From Candidatus Kaiserbacteria bacterium (GTDB lineage: Bacteria > Patescibacteriota > Minisyncoccia > Phycocordibacterales > Phycocordibacteraceae), in assembly GCA_963813065.1 (NCBI GenBank), contig CAWEXP010000004.1, forward strand, positions 7,267-71,266: DNA of 64,000 bases. The letters are read 5' to 3'. How positions within the stretch are numbered: position 1 is the first letter of the stretch; each line of letters starts with the position of its first letter. The position numbers were made by a program, and so were the translations under genes. Below the pieces are notes generated by a model. That model worked only from the letters and a program-made list of their open reading frames with translations, had not been told where the DNA came from and searched no databases. This document shows positions 1 to 9,713 of the stretch, one piece after another.

Positions 1-125
1 AATAATTTGAGTGCCACACGAACTTTTTTGCACTTGAACTCGCCGTCCACAATACCGACATTCCAAGTCACTCTCAGCGACTGGAAGACGATTCTTGTTT
101 CCGTCGCGACTTGAGCCGGCAACAT
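1..125 (-). CDS. Partial ORF running off the window start (MLPAQVATETRIVFQSLRVTWNVGIVDGEFKCKK...). Product unknown.
   Basis: Manual translation of the minus strand from ATG at 125..123. Below the 60 aa cutoff of the ORF track. No homology recognised. Confidence 0.2.
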   Translation of the reverse strand, partial: MLPAQVATETRIVFQSLRVTWNVGIVDGEFKCKKVRVALKL

Positions 126-393
126 GTTTCTGAATAAAGGTCCACTCGGCAAGTACGCGAATCCGATGACAACACGGACACTTCACGAGCAATCTACGCA
201 CAATAATCACTTCGTCGTTCTGGCATTTGACAAGGTGAACAGCGGCTTTGATGGTCTCAGTGTGTGCTTGCTCCCACTTCCGCATCACTTTCTCAGACTG
301 CGGCCGCGGGGTGAGCTTCGGCGCTTGTATCTTCACTCTGTTCATTTTCGGCATCTCGGTCTCCCATGCCAGTTTCCAGCTGAACCCTAACGC

Positions 394-430
394 AAAACCC
401 GCCACTCGTCGAGAGTGGCGGGTTTTGATT
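394..430. terminator. Rho-independent terminator hairpin (cccgccactc/gagtggcggg), flanked by an A run and a T run.
   Basis: GC-rich inverted repeat at 398-423 followed by TTTT. The reverse strand gives hairpin plus TTTTGCGTT downstream of the 441..1511 gene stop. Confidence 0.6.
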
Positions 431-440
431 GTAAAAATGT

Positions 441-1511
441 TTACGCGATCGAGTAGCGGCCGTCCTTGAAGCACTTGAAGTACTTCGGATCGTTGAGGTT
501 CACCAAAATGGTGTTGTCCTTTACGAAGCGTGCCTTCTTGACGTGCTTGATGACCTCTTCCTTCTTCATCGGGCCATCCTTCTCGAGGACTTCGCGGACG
601 ACATCGCGGACAACGCCCGGCGTGTAGCCCCACTCGGCGAGCGCGTAGAGACCGCGGCCCACCAGCACGAAGCGCGGATCCTTAATCAGCTCGTTGTGCG
701 TGGTTGCGACGTGCGCCTTCTTGGAGAAGAGCGTACCAATCGCCTTCGAGACTTCAGAGAAATGCATCGGCTCGCCCTTACGCTTGATGGTGAGGTACGC
801 ATAGTCGCGCACGCCCTTGGTGCGGATGGCCGGCGCCGACGCGCGGCCCCACTCCGCGAGCGGATTCTTGCCGATATGCTTGGAGAGGGAGAGCCAACGC
901 TTGAGGACTTCCTCTTTCTTGTAGGCATCGTTGACACCCTTGAGCTCGTCGAGGAAACGGTCGAGCAGTTCACTCTCGGGAATCACTTCCGCGTCAGAGA
1001 GCGAGGTGTAGAGCTTACCGAGCGCATCGTGGACCTTCTTGGCGGTCTCCTGGTCGATGTGCCAGCGCGCATAGAAATCATCGGTCTCGCGCTCACGGAC
1101 AAAGGTGGCACCGACCACAAGGAGGAAGCGCATGCGATTGCGGCCCTTCTCGTCCTTGGCAAGGGTGGCGAGGAGTTCCTCTTCAGGAACGATGACGCCG
1201 AGCGATTCGACGGCCTTGGCGACCTCGTCGAAGGCGCCCTTGGCCTCGGCAAAGGCCTTGCTAGAGCGAATGGCATCGAGACCCGCGGCCTCAATCTGAC
1301 GGACGCGCTCGCGGGTGATGCCGGAGCGGTCGCCGATGGCCTCGAGCGTCTCGCGCTCTTGAGGCGACCCCAACCCAAAGCGCCGGACGAGCACATCACG
1401 GGCACGCTCAGAGGCGGCTCCGAGAAGCTTTTTGACCAGCGAAACGCTATCGAAACGGAAGGAGACGACTTTCGCCGCCGGGGTCTTTTTGGGGTTCATA
1501 ATTTTTGCCAT
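441..1511 (-). CDS. Sigma-70 region-4-like HTH protein with a C-terminal HARE-HTH domain (transcription factor).
   Basis: ERVRQIEAAGLDAIR is region-4-like. The C-terminus ...MHFSEVSKAIG...VLVGRGLYALAEWGY resembles HARE-HTH. Start ATG at 1511 is about 50 nt downstream of an extended -10. Confidence 0.55.
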   Translation of the reverse strand: MAKIMNPKKTPAAKVVSFRFDSVSLVKKLLGAASERARDVLVRRFGLGSPQERETLEAIGDRSGITRERVRQIEAAGLDAIRSSKAFAEAKGAFDEVAKAVESLGVIVPEEELLATLAKDEKGRNRMRFLLVVGATFVRERETDDFYARWHIDQETAKKVHDALGKLYTSLSDAEVIPESELLDRFLDELKGVNDAYKKEEVLKRWLSLSKHIGKNPLAEWGRASAPAIRTKGVRDYAYLTIKRKGEPMHFSEVSKAIGTLFSKKAHVATTHNELIKDPRFVLVGRGLYALAEWGYTPGVVRDVVREVLEKDGPMKKEEVIKHVKKARFVKDNTILVNLNDPKYFKCFKDGRYSIA

Positions 1512-1557
1512 GGATAATGTGTTCTAGTTATATCAAATGCTAATAAAATAGTCAACT

Positions 1558-1575
1558 GCGGCGGATTATACCACC
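1558..1575 (-). promoter_or_regulatory. Extended -10 promoter TGGTATAATCCGCC. The leuS stop codon TAA lies inside the TATAAT.
   Basis: Reverse complement of ggattatacca at 1563-1573. The same motif recurs at 5007-5016 and 26929-26938. Confidence 0.5.
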
Positions 1576-4430
1576 AGGTTGAGGATTCTGCCTGGCACGT
1601 ACACTACTCTCTTAGGCTCCTTCCCCGCAAGTCCTGCGGCGACTGCCGGCAAAGCCTTCGCCGCCGCGAGCGCATCCTCCTGCGAGGCATCTGCCGAGAG
1701 CGAAATGGAGCCTTTCCGCTTGCCCGCAACCTGCACCACGACCTCGACTTCGTTCTCGACGAGGAGCGCGGGATCGTAGGTCGGCCACGGCGCCCGATGT
1801 ACACTGCCCTCGCCTCCTATTTTCTCGAACAAATCTTCCGCGAGATGCGGCGCGAAGGGCGCGAGCATGATGACGAAATCTCTGAGTACGAGTGGGGATA
1901 TCTTACTTTGCATCCCCTCGGCTTCAAGGTAATTCAAGAGTGTCATGAGTGCGGCAATGGCTGTATTGAATTTAAAGCGGTCGCAATCTTCGGCAACTTT
2001 CTTCGCCGTCTTTGCGAGCGCGCGTTGGATGTTTTGATTCTCGAAGTCGGACACGGCGTGTCCGACTTTTTCAATCAAACGCACGATGCGGTCCAAAAAC
2101 TTTCGCATGCTCGCGACGCCGTCGAGATTCCAGGGGTAGCTACCCGGCTCATTGTAGGGGCCGATGAAGGCGAGATACACGCGCACTGCGTCGGCGCCGT
2201 ATTCGCCCACCATGTCATCGGGGTTGATCACATTCCCCTTCGACTTACTCATTTTCTGTCCATCAGGACCGAGGATGATGCCGCGATTGAAACGCTCGTG
2301 GAAAGGTTCGCTGGTCGGCACGAGCGCGAGATCGTAGAGCGCTTTGTAGAAGAAGCGCGCATAGAAGAGATGCATGGTGGTATGCTCGCTCCCGCCCGAA
2401 TAGCGGTGCACCGGCAACCACTTTTTCATCAGCGCGAGATTGGAGAACTCGTTCACATTCTTCGGGTCGAGATAGCGGGTGAAGTACCACGAAGAATCAA
2501 CGAACGTATCGAGTGTGTCGTACTCGGGCGTCCAGCCTTCGCCGAAAAGTTTCGTCACGCGCTCGCGCAATTCATTTGACGACGCGAGCGGCGACTTCCC
2601 CGTCGGCTTGAAGTCGACATCGGTCGGCAAGAGCCACGGCAGGTGCTCGGCCGGTATCGCATGCGGCTTGCCCTCTGGATCGTAGACGATGGGGATCGGG
2701 CAACCCCAGTAGCGCTGGCGACTCACGAGCCAATCGCGGAGACGGTACTGCGTGGTCATCTCCCCGCCCGCGAGTGCAACGATCTCTGCCGCTACCTCGC
2801 GATTATTTCTACCAGTGAATTCACCGGAATTAATGAGATACCCGTCTCCAGTCAGAGCAACCTCGGTATGGAGTAATTGCCACATCTGCTTCTGGTGCGC
2901 AGGAACGAGACGATTGAGGACTTCATCTTCGCTCACCCATACGAGCGTATGCTTCGCGGATTCAGACGTATCAATCGCGCCTTGTTTGCTCAACGAGTCC
3001 ACTTCGGCCAAAAGTGCGTAAGCGTGTGCGCAACGATTTTCACCTTTGTGCGAGGCGCAATACCGTGCGGCTGTAATCCACTGCGCACGATGTATGATGC
3101 GAATGTCTTCAAGTGCGGCCTCTTCGCGGATCTCCATGAGCGCCGCCTCTCCGGGCGTTTGTCCCGGCTCGATGCCTCCCATGATCGCGGTTGTGATGCC
3201 TTCGAGCGTTCCGTGCCAATCCAGAAGAGCGAACTTGCCCGTCGACTTGTCGCGCAGATGCACAATCACGGTATCGCGCTTCACTTCCTTAAACTCGGGA
3301 CGTGGCGGATTGCCGGGATCATCGGCACACGGCACCACGACCTGGACGACGGGAATGTTGAACTTCTGCGCAAATTCGAAATCGCGCTCGTCGTGCGCAG
3401 GGACGGCCATGATGGCGCCCGTGCCATAGGAGGCGAGCACGTAGTCAGCAATAAAAATTGGAATCTCTTCTTTCGTCGCGGGGTTAATCGCCGTCACGCC
3501 CTTGAGCTCGACGCCGGTTTTCTCTTTATGCTCTGAACGCTCGCGCTCAGTTTTTTTCTGGGTCGCCTCAATATACGCTTCGATTTCTTTTTTATTTGAA
3601 ACGGCGTCCGACAGGGACGCAACGAGGGCGTGTTCGGGTGCCAGCACGAGATACGTCGCGCCAAAGAGCGTATCGGGTCGCGTGGTGAAAATCTCAATGG
3701 GCTGGACATCGGATGTCCTAACTTCGAATTTGATTTTCGCGCCCTCCGACTTTCCGATCCATGCGCGCTGAGCGTCTTTTATTTCGTCACGCCACGGCAG
3801 AGGGTCGAGATCTTTGAGGAGTCGCTCGGCGTACTGTGTGATTTTCAAAAACCATTGCGTGAGCATTTTTTCTTCGACCGGCGTGCCGCACCGATCGCAA
3901 CAACCATCTTTGACCTGCTCGTTGGCGAGCACGGTTTGATCCTTGGGGCACCACTTAACCGCCGCAAGGCGTCGCTCGGCGAGTCCGTGTTCGAAGAATT
4001 TTGCGAAGAGCCACTGCGTCCATTGGTAATACGAGGGATCGCAGGCGACGACCTCTTTGCTCCAATCGAAAGACGCACCCATCGAGGCGAGCTGGGTCTT
4101 CATCCGCTCAATGTTGGCGAGTGTCCAGGCCGAGGGGTCAGCGCCATGCTTGAAGGCCGCGTTCTCTGCCGGCAGGCCGAACGCGTCGAAACCAATCGGG
4201 AACAACACGTTCTTGCCCTGGAGGCGCAGGAAGCGCGCATAGATATCGGTGACCGCGAAGGCGTACCAGTGCCCGATGTGGAGGTCGCCCGAGGGATACG
4301 GGAACTCGACGAGCAGGTAGTACGGCTCTTTCGCCTCGTCTGCGAGATCGCATTCGTTCAGCTTCAGCTCTGCCCATTTCGCTTGGGCTTTTTTTTCAAT
4401 TTCTTTGTGGTCGAATGTCATGCCTAGCAA
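1566..4430 (-). CDS. leuS: Leucine--tRNA ligase
   Basis: 954 aa. HIGH motif (SGDLHIGHWYAF) and KMSKSKGN present. Full-length class I aaRS with the typical LeuS N-terminus. Confidence 0.95.
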   Translation of the reverse strand: MLGMTFDHKEIEKKAQAKWAELKLNECDLADEAKEPYYLLVEFPYPSGDLHIGHWYAFAVTDIYARFLRLQGKNVLFPIGFDAFGLPAENAAFKHGADPSAWTLANIERMKTQLASMGASFDWSKEVVACDPSYYQWTQWLFAKFFEHGLAERRLAAVKWCPKDQTVLANEQVKDGCCDRCGTPVEEKMLTQWFLKITQYAERLLKDLDPLPWRDEIKDAQRAWIGKSEGAKIKFEVRTSDVQPIEIFTTRPDTLFGATYLVLAPEHALVASLSDAVSNKKEIEAYIEATQKKTERERSEHKEKTGVELKGVTAINPATKEEIPIFIADYVLASYGTGAIMAVPAHDERDFEFAQKFNIPVVQVVVPCADDPGNPPRPEFKEVKRDTVIVHLRDKSTGKFALLDWHGTLEGITTAIMGGIEPGQTPGEAALMEIREEAALEDIRIIHRAQWITAARYCASHKGENRCAHAYALLAEVDSLSKQGAIDTSESAKHTLVWVSEDEVLNRLVPAHQKQMWQLLHTEVALTGDGYLINSGEFTGRNNREVAAEIVALAGGEMTTQYRLRDWLVSRQRYWGCPIPIVYDPEGKPHAIPAEHLPWLLPTDVDFKPTGKSPLASSNELRERVTKLFGEGWTPEYDTLDTFVDSSWYFTRYLDPKNVNEFSNLALMKKWLPVHRYSGGSEHTTMHLFYARFFYKALYDLALVPTSEPFHERFNRGIILGPDGQKMSKSKGNVINPDDMVGEYGADAVRVYLAFIGPYNEPGSYPWNLDGVASMRKFLDRIVRLIEKVGHAVSDFENQNIQRALAKTAKKVAEDCDRFKFNTAIAALMTLLNYLEAEGMQSKISPLVLRDFVIMLAPFAPHLAEDLFEKIGGEGSVHRAPWPTYDPALLVENEVEVVVQVAGKRKGSISLSADASQEDALAAAKALPAVAAGLAGKEPKRVVYVPGRILNLVV

Positions 4431-4468
4431 GGTTAAACCTTAAGAATATGCATCAAGGTTTAACCTTG

Positions 4469-5002
4469 CTAGTCGCGGAAGCGCTTCCAACCAATCCAAA
4501 CCAGCGCGCCGAGTCCGATTGCGGCGATCAGCAAACGAATCCACTCTCCCGCCGTCCCCCAGTACTGCGCCGAGGCGATGACAAACGCGATGACGCCGCC
4601 ATAGGAGAGACCGCTCGACACGATTGAGGAACCAATCGGCACGAAGCCAATAATGAGCGCGAGGATGCCGAGACCGACCATGAGCACAAAGGCATAGAGA
4701 TTGTGTTGGTCGCTCGCCGCCTGGTAGAGCGGCTGGCACTTTGCGTATAGATCGCAATAGCCTGTTGTGGCCGGAGCGGCGCCCTTGGCAGGAAGTGGCG
4801 CAGGAGCATTCTCGGTCCAGACACCGCCCGCAGAATCGCAAGCAGAAGCGGTCAGCGTCGTGGACACATTGCTCGGGCAGTAGGTGTTGTAATCGGGCGC
4901 CGGCAGAGCGAGGCTGGTGAGGACACCAAAGAAAATATTCAAAATGACGACGATGCCGACGAGGAGTGCCCACCGGACAAACTTTGGGTGTTTGTTTTCC
5001 AT
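4469..5002 (-). CDS. Hypothetical integral membrane protein. Start placed at MENKHPKF; leaderless.
   Basis: Hydrophobic helices. ATG at 5002..5000 lies 6 nt downstream of TATAAT. The upstream residues in the ORF track (YNPP) are simply the promoter read in frame. Confidence 0.45.
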   Translation of the reverse strand: MENKHPKFVRWALLVGIVVILNIFFGVLTSLALPAPDYNTYCPSNVSTTLTASACDSAGGVWTENAPAPLPAKGAAPATTGYCDLYAKCQPLYQAASDQHNLYAFVLMVGLGILALIIGFVPIGSSIVSSGLSYGGVIAFVIASAQYWGTAGEWIRLLIAAIGLGALVWIGWKRFRD

Positions 5003-5006
5003 CGGC

Positions 5007-5016
5007 GGATTATACC
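5007..5016 (-). promoter_or_regulatory. Extended -10 TGGTATAATCCGCCG immediately 5' of the ATG; leaderless transcript predicted.
   Basis: TATAAT then 6 nt then ATG. Same motif as at 1565 and 26931. Confidence 0.45.
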
Positions 5017-5083
5017 ACAATAGATAACACAAAGACCACAGGGAGGCCGTAGCCTTTGTGGTCTTGAAATGGATCTCGCCGCG

Positions 5084-5557
5084 CTAGTCCGCAAACGGCG
5101 AGTAGTGATGTGGACTGCCGTTGCAACTGTGGACCTCCGAGGTACCTGCATAGTTGGTCGGCGCAGGTTCTCTTGCGAACGCTCTCCGGGATTCCAGTGT
5201 ATCGGCGACAAGCCGATATCGATGAGGCTGACCCGTACAGTGATCGTAGGCAATCGCGAATTGATCGCTGGTGCCTGTAGCGGAGGTGCTGGCAGAATCC
5301 GACGCGCCGATCAGATTGACCGCAACGCCGTTGGACTCGGCAACCGTACGGCCTTTTGGCGGATAGATAAGATGCCAAGAGTCATCCGCGGCAACTTTCG
5401 CTTGTGCGATAATCGCCGCCGTCGTGCCGTTCACCTTATGAGGGGTGAACCGATCGGCCGAATAGCGAGCGAGGCCCACAACAGCGAAAGTGGCCAGAGC
5501 AACCACAATGATTGGGAACGCAACCGAACGCTTCTTAGGTTTTGAAGAACTGGTCAT
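5084..5557 (-). CDS. Hypothetical membrane-anchored or secreted protein
   Basis: N-terminal hydrophobic segment PIIVVALATFAVVGL. No recognisable domain. Confidence 0.4.
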   Translation of the reverse strand: MTSSSKPKKRSVAFPIIVVALATFAVVGLARYSADRFTPHKVNGTTAAIIAQAKVAADDSWHLIYPPKGRTVAESNGVAVNLIGASDSASTSATGTSDQFAIAYDHCTGQPHRYRLVADTLESRRAFAREPAPTNYAGTSEVHSCNGSPHHYSPFAD

Positions 5558-5697
5558 AGCACGAAACCTTTCTCATTGATGTGGTGCCGCGGTAGCGGCC
5601 TGGGAAAGAGGTTAGCATAGTCTTGCGTCTTTGTCAATACTATGCCATTTTCGGCTTATCTGATACTCTTCCCGCGGAATCAACAAGGAGAACTCCG

Positions 5698-6090
5698 ATG
5701 GCCAGCAGTGGCAATCTTAATGGTACCGACTGGGAGAAATACCTATCGGCTCGACAAACGAAACTGATAAAAATCGCGACGGCTCCCGTCCGCGAGGCCT
5801 TGGCACTCTGGCTTGCCGATGAGGATGACTGGGCGGCGGCACTCGTCTTGGCCGCGCGCACCGACCTCAGCAAGCCGCGCTATACCGAACTCTTGCTGAG
5901 CAATAGTTGGCCGCTTCGCGTCGCGCTCTGTCACAATTCGGCATTGCCGCTCCGACTCCTGCGACGGCTCGCCAAGGTGTCTGCGGGGAGTCCGCCGCCA
6001 GAAGCGGACGACTGCGAATGCTTCAAGCCCGACCACCTGGTGCGGATTGCGCGCGCGGCGCTCCGCAAACGGCTCGTGCATAAAAAATAA
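5698..6090 (+). CDS. Hypothetical protein; start chosen at MASSGNLNG.
   Basis: AGGAG Shine-Dalgarno 8 nt upstream of ATG at 5698. Terminator follows. Confidence 0.4.
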   Translation: MASSGNLNGTDWEKYLSARQTKLIKIATAPVREALALWLADEDDWAAALVLAARTDLSKPRYTELLLSNSWPLRVALCHNSALPLRLLRRLAKVSAGSPPPEADDCECFKPDHLVRIARAALRKRLVHKK

Positions 6091-6124
6091 AACCAAGCGC
6101 GCTGATTACAGCGCGCTTTTTTGT
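6090..6124. terminator. Bidirectional rho-independent terminator (agcgcgctg-atta-cagcgcgct plus T6).
   Basis: Perfect 9 bp stem. T run on the plus strand and T-rich run on the minus strand downstream of the ychF stop. Confidence 0.7.
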
Positions 6125-6150
6125 TAGCTATGCTACGTAAAACGAGTACG

Positions 6151-7254
6151 TCACGCGGCGTGCAAGAACACCATCACATCGCCGTCGACGACGACGTAAT
6201 CCTTCCCTTCTGTCCGCACCTTGGCGGCTTCGCGCGCGGCGGCATAGGAGCCGGCGGCGATGAGGTCCTTAGTTGAAACGACTTCTGCGCGAATAAACTT
6301 ATCTTTGAAATCGGTGTGGATGGCGGCACCCGCAATCGGCGCGGTACTGCCGCGAGGGATGGTCCACGCGCGCGTCTCCTTGGGCCCGGTGGTGAAAAAG
6401 GATATGAGCCCGAGCGTCTCGTACGCGCCGCGGATAAAATCCGCGAGCCCGTCCTCTTGCGCGCCGAGCTCTTGGCGGAAGCTGGTGCGATCTTCGTCGG
6501 CGACATCATTAAGGTCGCGCTCGGTCGCGGCGTCCACCTTCACGTAGCGACCGCCGAGCTCGTTGATGAGTTCGTAACAGCGCTCGGCGCGACCATCATT
6601 CAATTCGTCGAGATTGTGTCCGCCGCTCTTGCGATTCAGCGCGTAGAGAATCGGCTTCATGGTGAGCAGATTCAAGTGCGTGATGAGTTCGCGTTCCTCG
6701 CCCGTCAGCCCCGCGTGGAGCGCGAGCTTGCCGGCCGCGAATGCTTGCTCCAATTTCGCCAGTGCGACGTCCTCGGCGGGCGCACTCTTCACTCCCGCAC
6801 GAATGTCGGTCGCGATGCGATCGCGACGCTTGCGCACCTGCTCGGCGTCCGCGAGCGTGAGTTCGAGATTAATGACCTCGATATCCTTGTACGGCTCGAC
6901 GTCGGTGTCGACGTGGATGATGTTCGGGTCGTCGAAGAAACGCACGACCTCGAGAATCGCGTCCGTCTCGCGAATGTGCGAGAGGAATTGGTTGCCGAGC
7001 CCAGCGCCCTCGGCCGCGCCCTTGACCAACCCGGCAATGTCGACGAATTCGATTGCCGCCGGTATCACCTTCTCGCTCGCGGAGAGTTTCGCCAGGGCGT
7101 CGAGTCGTTCATCGGGCACGCCGACCACGCCGACACTCGGGTCGATGGTACAGAAGGGATAGTTCTCCGCCGGTACGCTCGCCTTGGTGAGCGCGTTGAA
7201 GAGCGTGGACTTCCCCACGTTGGGCAAACCGACGATACCTATCTTCAGAGCCAT
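6151..7254 (-). CDS. ychF: Ribosome-binding ATPase YchF (Obg-family GTPase).
   Basis: MALKIGIVGLPNVGKSTLFNALT P-loop. TGS-like C-terminus. 367 aa. Confidence 0.95.
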   Translation of the reverse strand: MALKIGIVGLPNVGKSTLFNALTKASVPAENYPFCTIDPSVGVVGVPDERLDALAKLSASEKVIPAAIEFVDIAGLVKGAAEGAGLGNQFLSHIRETDAILEVVRFFDDPNIIHVDTDVEPYKDIEVINLELTLADAEQVRKRRDRIATDIRAGVKSAPAEDVALAKLEQAFAAGKLALHAGLTGEERELITHLNLLTMKPILYALNRKSGGHNLDELNDGRAERCYELINELGGRYVKVDAATERDLNDVADEDRTSFRQELGAQEDGLADFIRGAYETLGLISFFTTGPKETRAWTIPRGSTAPIAGAAIHTDFKDKFIRAEVVSTKDLIAAGSYAAAREAAKVRTEGKDYVVVDGDVMVFLHAA

Positions 7255-8842
7255 ATGCGCAATAGAGTGTTGTTATTGGGATACGACCGCGGACACGGAG
7301 TTGTTCCTGTGTCCCTACGATTTTCTCCACGACATCTACAACTATCGCGCGTTTTTCACTAAAGTTCAAGTTTGGAAGATACTCTCGCGCACGGGAAGCG
7401 TCGTACTCAATCTCTTCCCGTGTTGGCGGGGTTGCAGAGCGATACACTGCCTCCTGTTGGAGTGCGCCGACCCTCTGTGTTTCAAGTGCCGAGATTTGTT
7501 CTCGCACAGGCATGATGTAGTTCTGCAACTCTTCGAGTGAATACAGCCCGGCAGCATACGCCCTGTTGTACCTCTCCTCTTGTGTCCGCAACTTCCCAAT
7601 CTCCTTTTCGATGAGAGGGACGTCCGCCGCCGCTTCTTTGTTATCTGCCCGGAGCGCGGCACTATGTTCGAGATACGCGGCTTCCAGTAGTTCGGGTGAG
7701 GTCATCAGTGATGCCAACTTGTTCCAAAGCGATCTCGTCTGCTACACGAGCATTTATTGGGTGTTCGTAGCATGTACGCGGCAGCGGAAAACAAAGTATC
7801 TTGTCGGAACAGTCGTAGTAGAGATACTTTCCTCGTTTCCGCGCTGCGCCCGTACGCTTTCGTCCGCACGCACACTCCACCCTCCCACCCAGAAGATAGT
7901 CGTACTTCTTATTCCGTGGATTGAGTTTCGCGTGCTCTCCCAGTTTGTTGCGCACAGCATCGAAGAGTTCTTGGTCAATGATGGCAGGAACCGGGACGGT
8001 CATCCATTCATCCGCTGGACGTGGTTTCCGGCTACTCTTCTTCATCTTGCGGTACTTATCCTTGTTGATTGGGTTCTTTGGTACTACGGCGATGGAACTT
8101 CGATAGTGCGCTCGTCCGACATACGCCCCGTTTCGGAGCATTGTAGTGAGCGTACTTGTGCTCCACACGCCGCGCTTGCTCTTGCGTGGCTTGATAGCCA
8201 GCGTCTGCAACTTGCGAACTACCTGTCGGATAGTAAGACCCTCATTCGCAATCCACTTGAAAATCATCCGTACCACACGTGCCTCCTCCTCGTTTATCTC
8301 GTAGTACCCATGCACGCTATCCTTCTTCGGAGTGTAGTTGTACCCGTAGAGAGGCGAACTGACGAGAATGTGTCCTTCTTTGATTTTGCGAAGTTTGCCG
8401 AGGCGAAAACGCTCGTTTATCTTCGCGCGTTCGTATTCCGCGAAAAGTCCGCGGACGCCGTGGATATCTTGTCCTCCGGGTTCTTGGGGGCGGTAATGGT
8501 AACGAAGATTACCTCGATGCCAGCGTCTCGCAGTTCATCCATCACAAGTTCCTGATACGAATACCGACGAGCGAGACGGTCTGGGTCGTAAATCAAGACT
8601 GCTTCCCAGAGTTTTGAGTCTGCATCCTGTCGTAGGGCATCTAGTGATGGTCGAGCGAGGACATCGCCGCTCCATCCATCGTCAATGTATTCCTTTACGA
8701 TAGTCAGCCCATTCTTACCCGCGAACTCTCGCACAGCGCCCAGTTGCGTCTCGATAGTACCGTCTTCTTCCTGACGAGCAGTAGAGACGCGAGCATAAAC
8801 CGCTACCAGTTTATTGCTCTTCGTAAGTGTTTCGTTGTTCAT
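7255..8842 (-). pseudogene. Large serine recombinase (resolvase-family catalytic domain, recombinase domain, Zn ribbon, coiled coil) broken into three frames by at least two frameshifts.
   Basis: Fragment 8417-8842 has VAVYARVSTARQ. The middle fragment has LFAEYERAKINERF and GYYEINEEEARVV. Fragment 7109-7717 is the coiled-coil tail and runs into ychF. The first frameshift sits at a G5/C5 run near 8483-8493. Confidence 0.7.
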
Positions 8843-8844
8843 GG

Positions 8845-9042
8845 TTATTTCTTTTTAGTATTCACGTGCCTATCCATGAACTTTTTGACCTCGCTTTTGG
8901 GTATGCGCCAAAGCGCAGTGTTCCCGTCGCCCAACTTATAGCCCTTCAACGCTCCCTTTCGGAGCCAGCGTTCCACCGTTCGCTCGTGGACGTTGAAGTA
9001 TTCGGCAACTTCTTTGCGAGAGAAAGTCCATGGCGTAAGCAT
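8845..9042 (-). CDS. xis: Excisionase/Xis-AlpA family HTH protein.
   Basis: 65 aa. EVAEYFNVHERTVERWLRKG...WRIPKSEV is HTH_17-like. Sits 2 nt upstream of the recombinase. Confidence 0.65.
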   Translation of the reverse strand: MLTPWTFSRKEVAEYFNVHERTVERWLRKGALKGYKLGDGNTALWRIPKSEVKKFMDRHVNTKKK

Positions 9043-9056
9043 AGTTTGTAATGTGC

Positions 9057-9257
9057 CTAGTTGTCAACCGCATGTTTCTGCTGCCTGTACATAACTCCAT
9101 CTCGATACATCGCATTGAAGAGGACGGCATACGCACGCTTCAGAGCGGTCTGCCGCACCTCGACCGGCTCATCCGACTCTTCGTATACGAGCGTCATCTC
9201 GACGCGTTCAGGTCGAGGCGGACGTTTTTCTTCATTGCTGTGGCTGGTAGCGTTCAT
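9057..9257 (-). CDS. Small hypothetical protein (66 aa).
   Basis: ORF only. Lies in the island next to xis. Confidence 0.3.
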   Translation of the reverse strand: MNATSHSNEEKRPPRPERVEMTLVYEESDEPVEVRQTALKRAYAVLFNAMYRDGVMYRQQKHAVDN

Positions 9258-9663
9258 TGCGGTTTAGACACCTTCGGTTTCTGCCCATCCGCTCCGAGGA
9301 GACAGCGAGAGAAACTATGTAGAAGAGACCGCGCCGAGGAAGAGTGGGTAGATGTCGAGCCGTCGCCGGACAACATTACGGTTTGTAGGAATGGTTTTGG
9401 GTAGTCATTCGACGACCCGCACAGTGTCCCTTTTCGCCCGCCTGCCAACTCCCCTCCTCCTTGGCGAAACTCCTTCTGCCCCGTTGGGCGCGCGGTCTAA
9501 CCGCGCGTAGTAACGAGGCACAAGGGAATATCCCGTTTGGTTGTTTTTATTCCGTGGTGGTGAGATAATCCCAGCCACGTTGGTCTCTTGATGTGCTGGC
9601 GAAGGTGTGTCCAGAACCCTTCGCCTATAAGTAATGGCGAAAAGTCCTCGGATTTTCCGATGT

Positions 9664-9692
9664 AAAGCAAAAAGCCCCGTAGTTCGGGGCTT
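9664..9692 (-). terminator. Rho-independent terminator (gccccgaactacggggc plus T5) after the 276 aa gene.
   Basis: Hairpin at 9674-9690 with a T run on the minus strand. Confidence 0.6.
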
Positions 9693-9713
9693 TCGCAACT
9701 ATCAGGAGTTTAT

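Noticed and set aside
124-469. Plus-strand ORFs 124-390 and 248-469 at the window start
   Set aside because: Odd composition. No SD. They overlap a candidate minus-strand partial ORF and the terminator hairpin at 398-423. Not supported.
543-1517. Long antisense ORFs opposite real genes. Examples: 543-1517, 1797-2579, 3630-4427, 6316-7362, 15477-16364, 16434-17507, 19000-20766, 30001-30897, 31246-31980, 37782-38927, 40433-41569, 63061-63972.
   Set aside because: They are expected in GC-rich DNA. Their composition is Arg/Leu/Asp-rich and low-complexity. Each lies entirely within a well-supported gene on the other strand.
7109-7254. Extension of the recombinase C-terminal fragment across the ychF N-terminus
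   Set aside because: An overlap of 145 nt with a highly conserved ychF start is implausible. Attributed to a further frame disruption or a truncated recombinase 3' end.
9405-9698. 97 aa ORF in the 456 bp non-coding region
   Set aside because: Arg/Pro-rich low-complexity translation. No SD. It overlaps the terminator hairpin. More likely non-coding.
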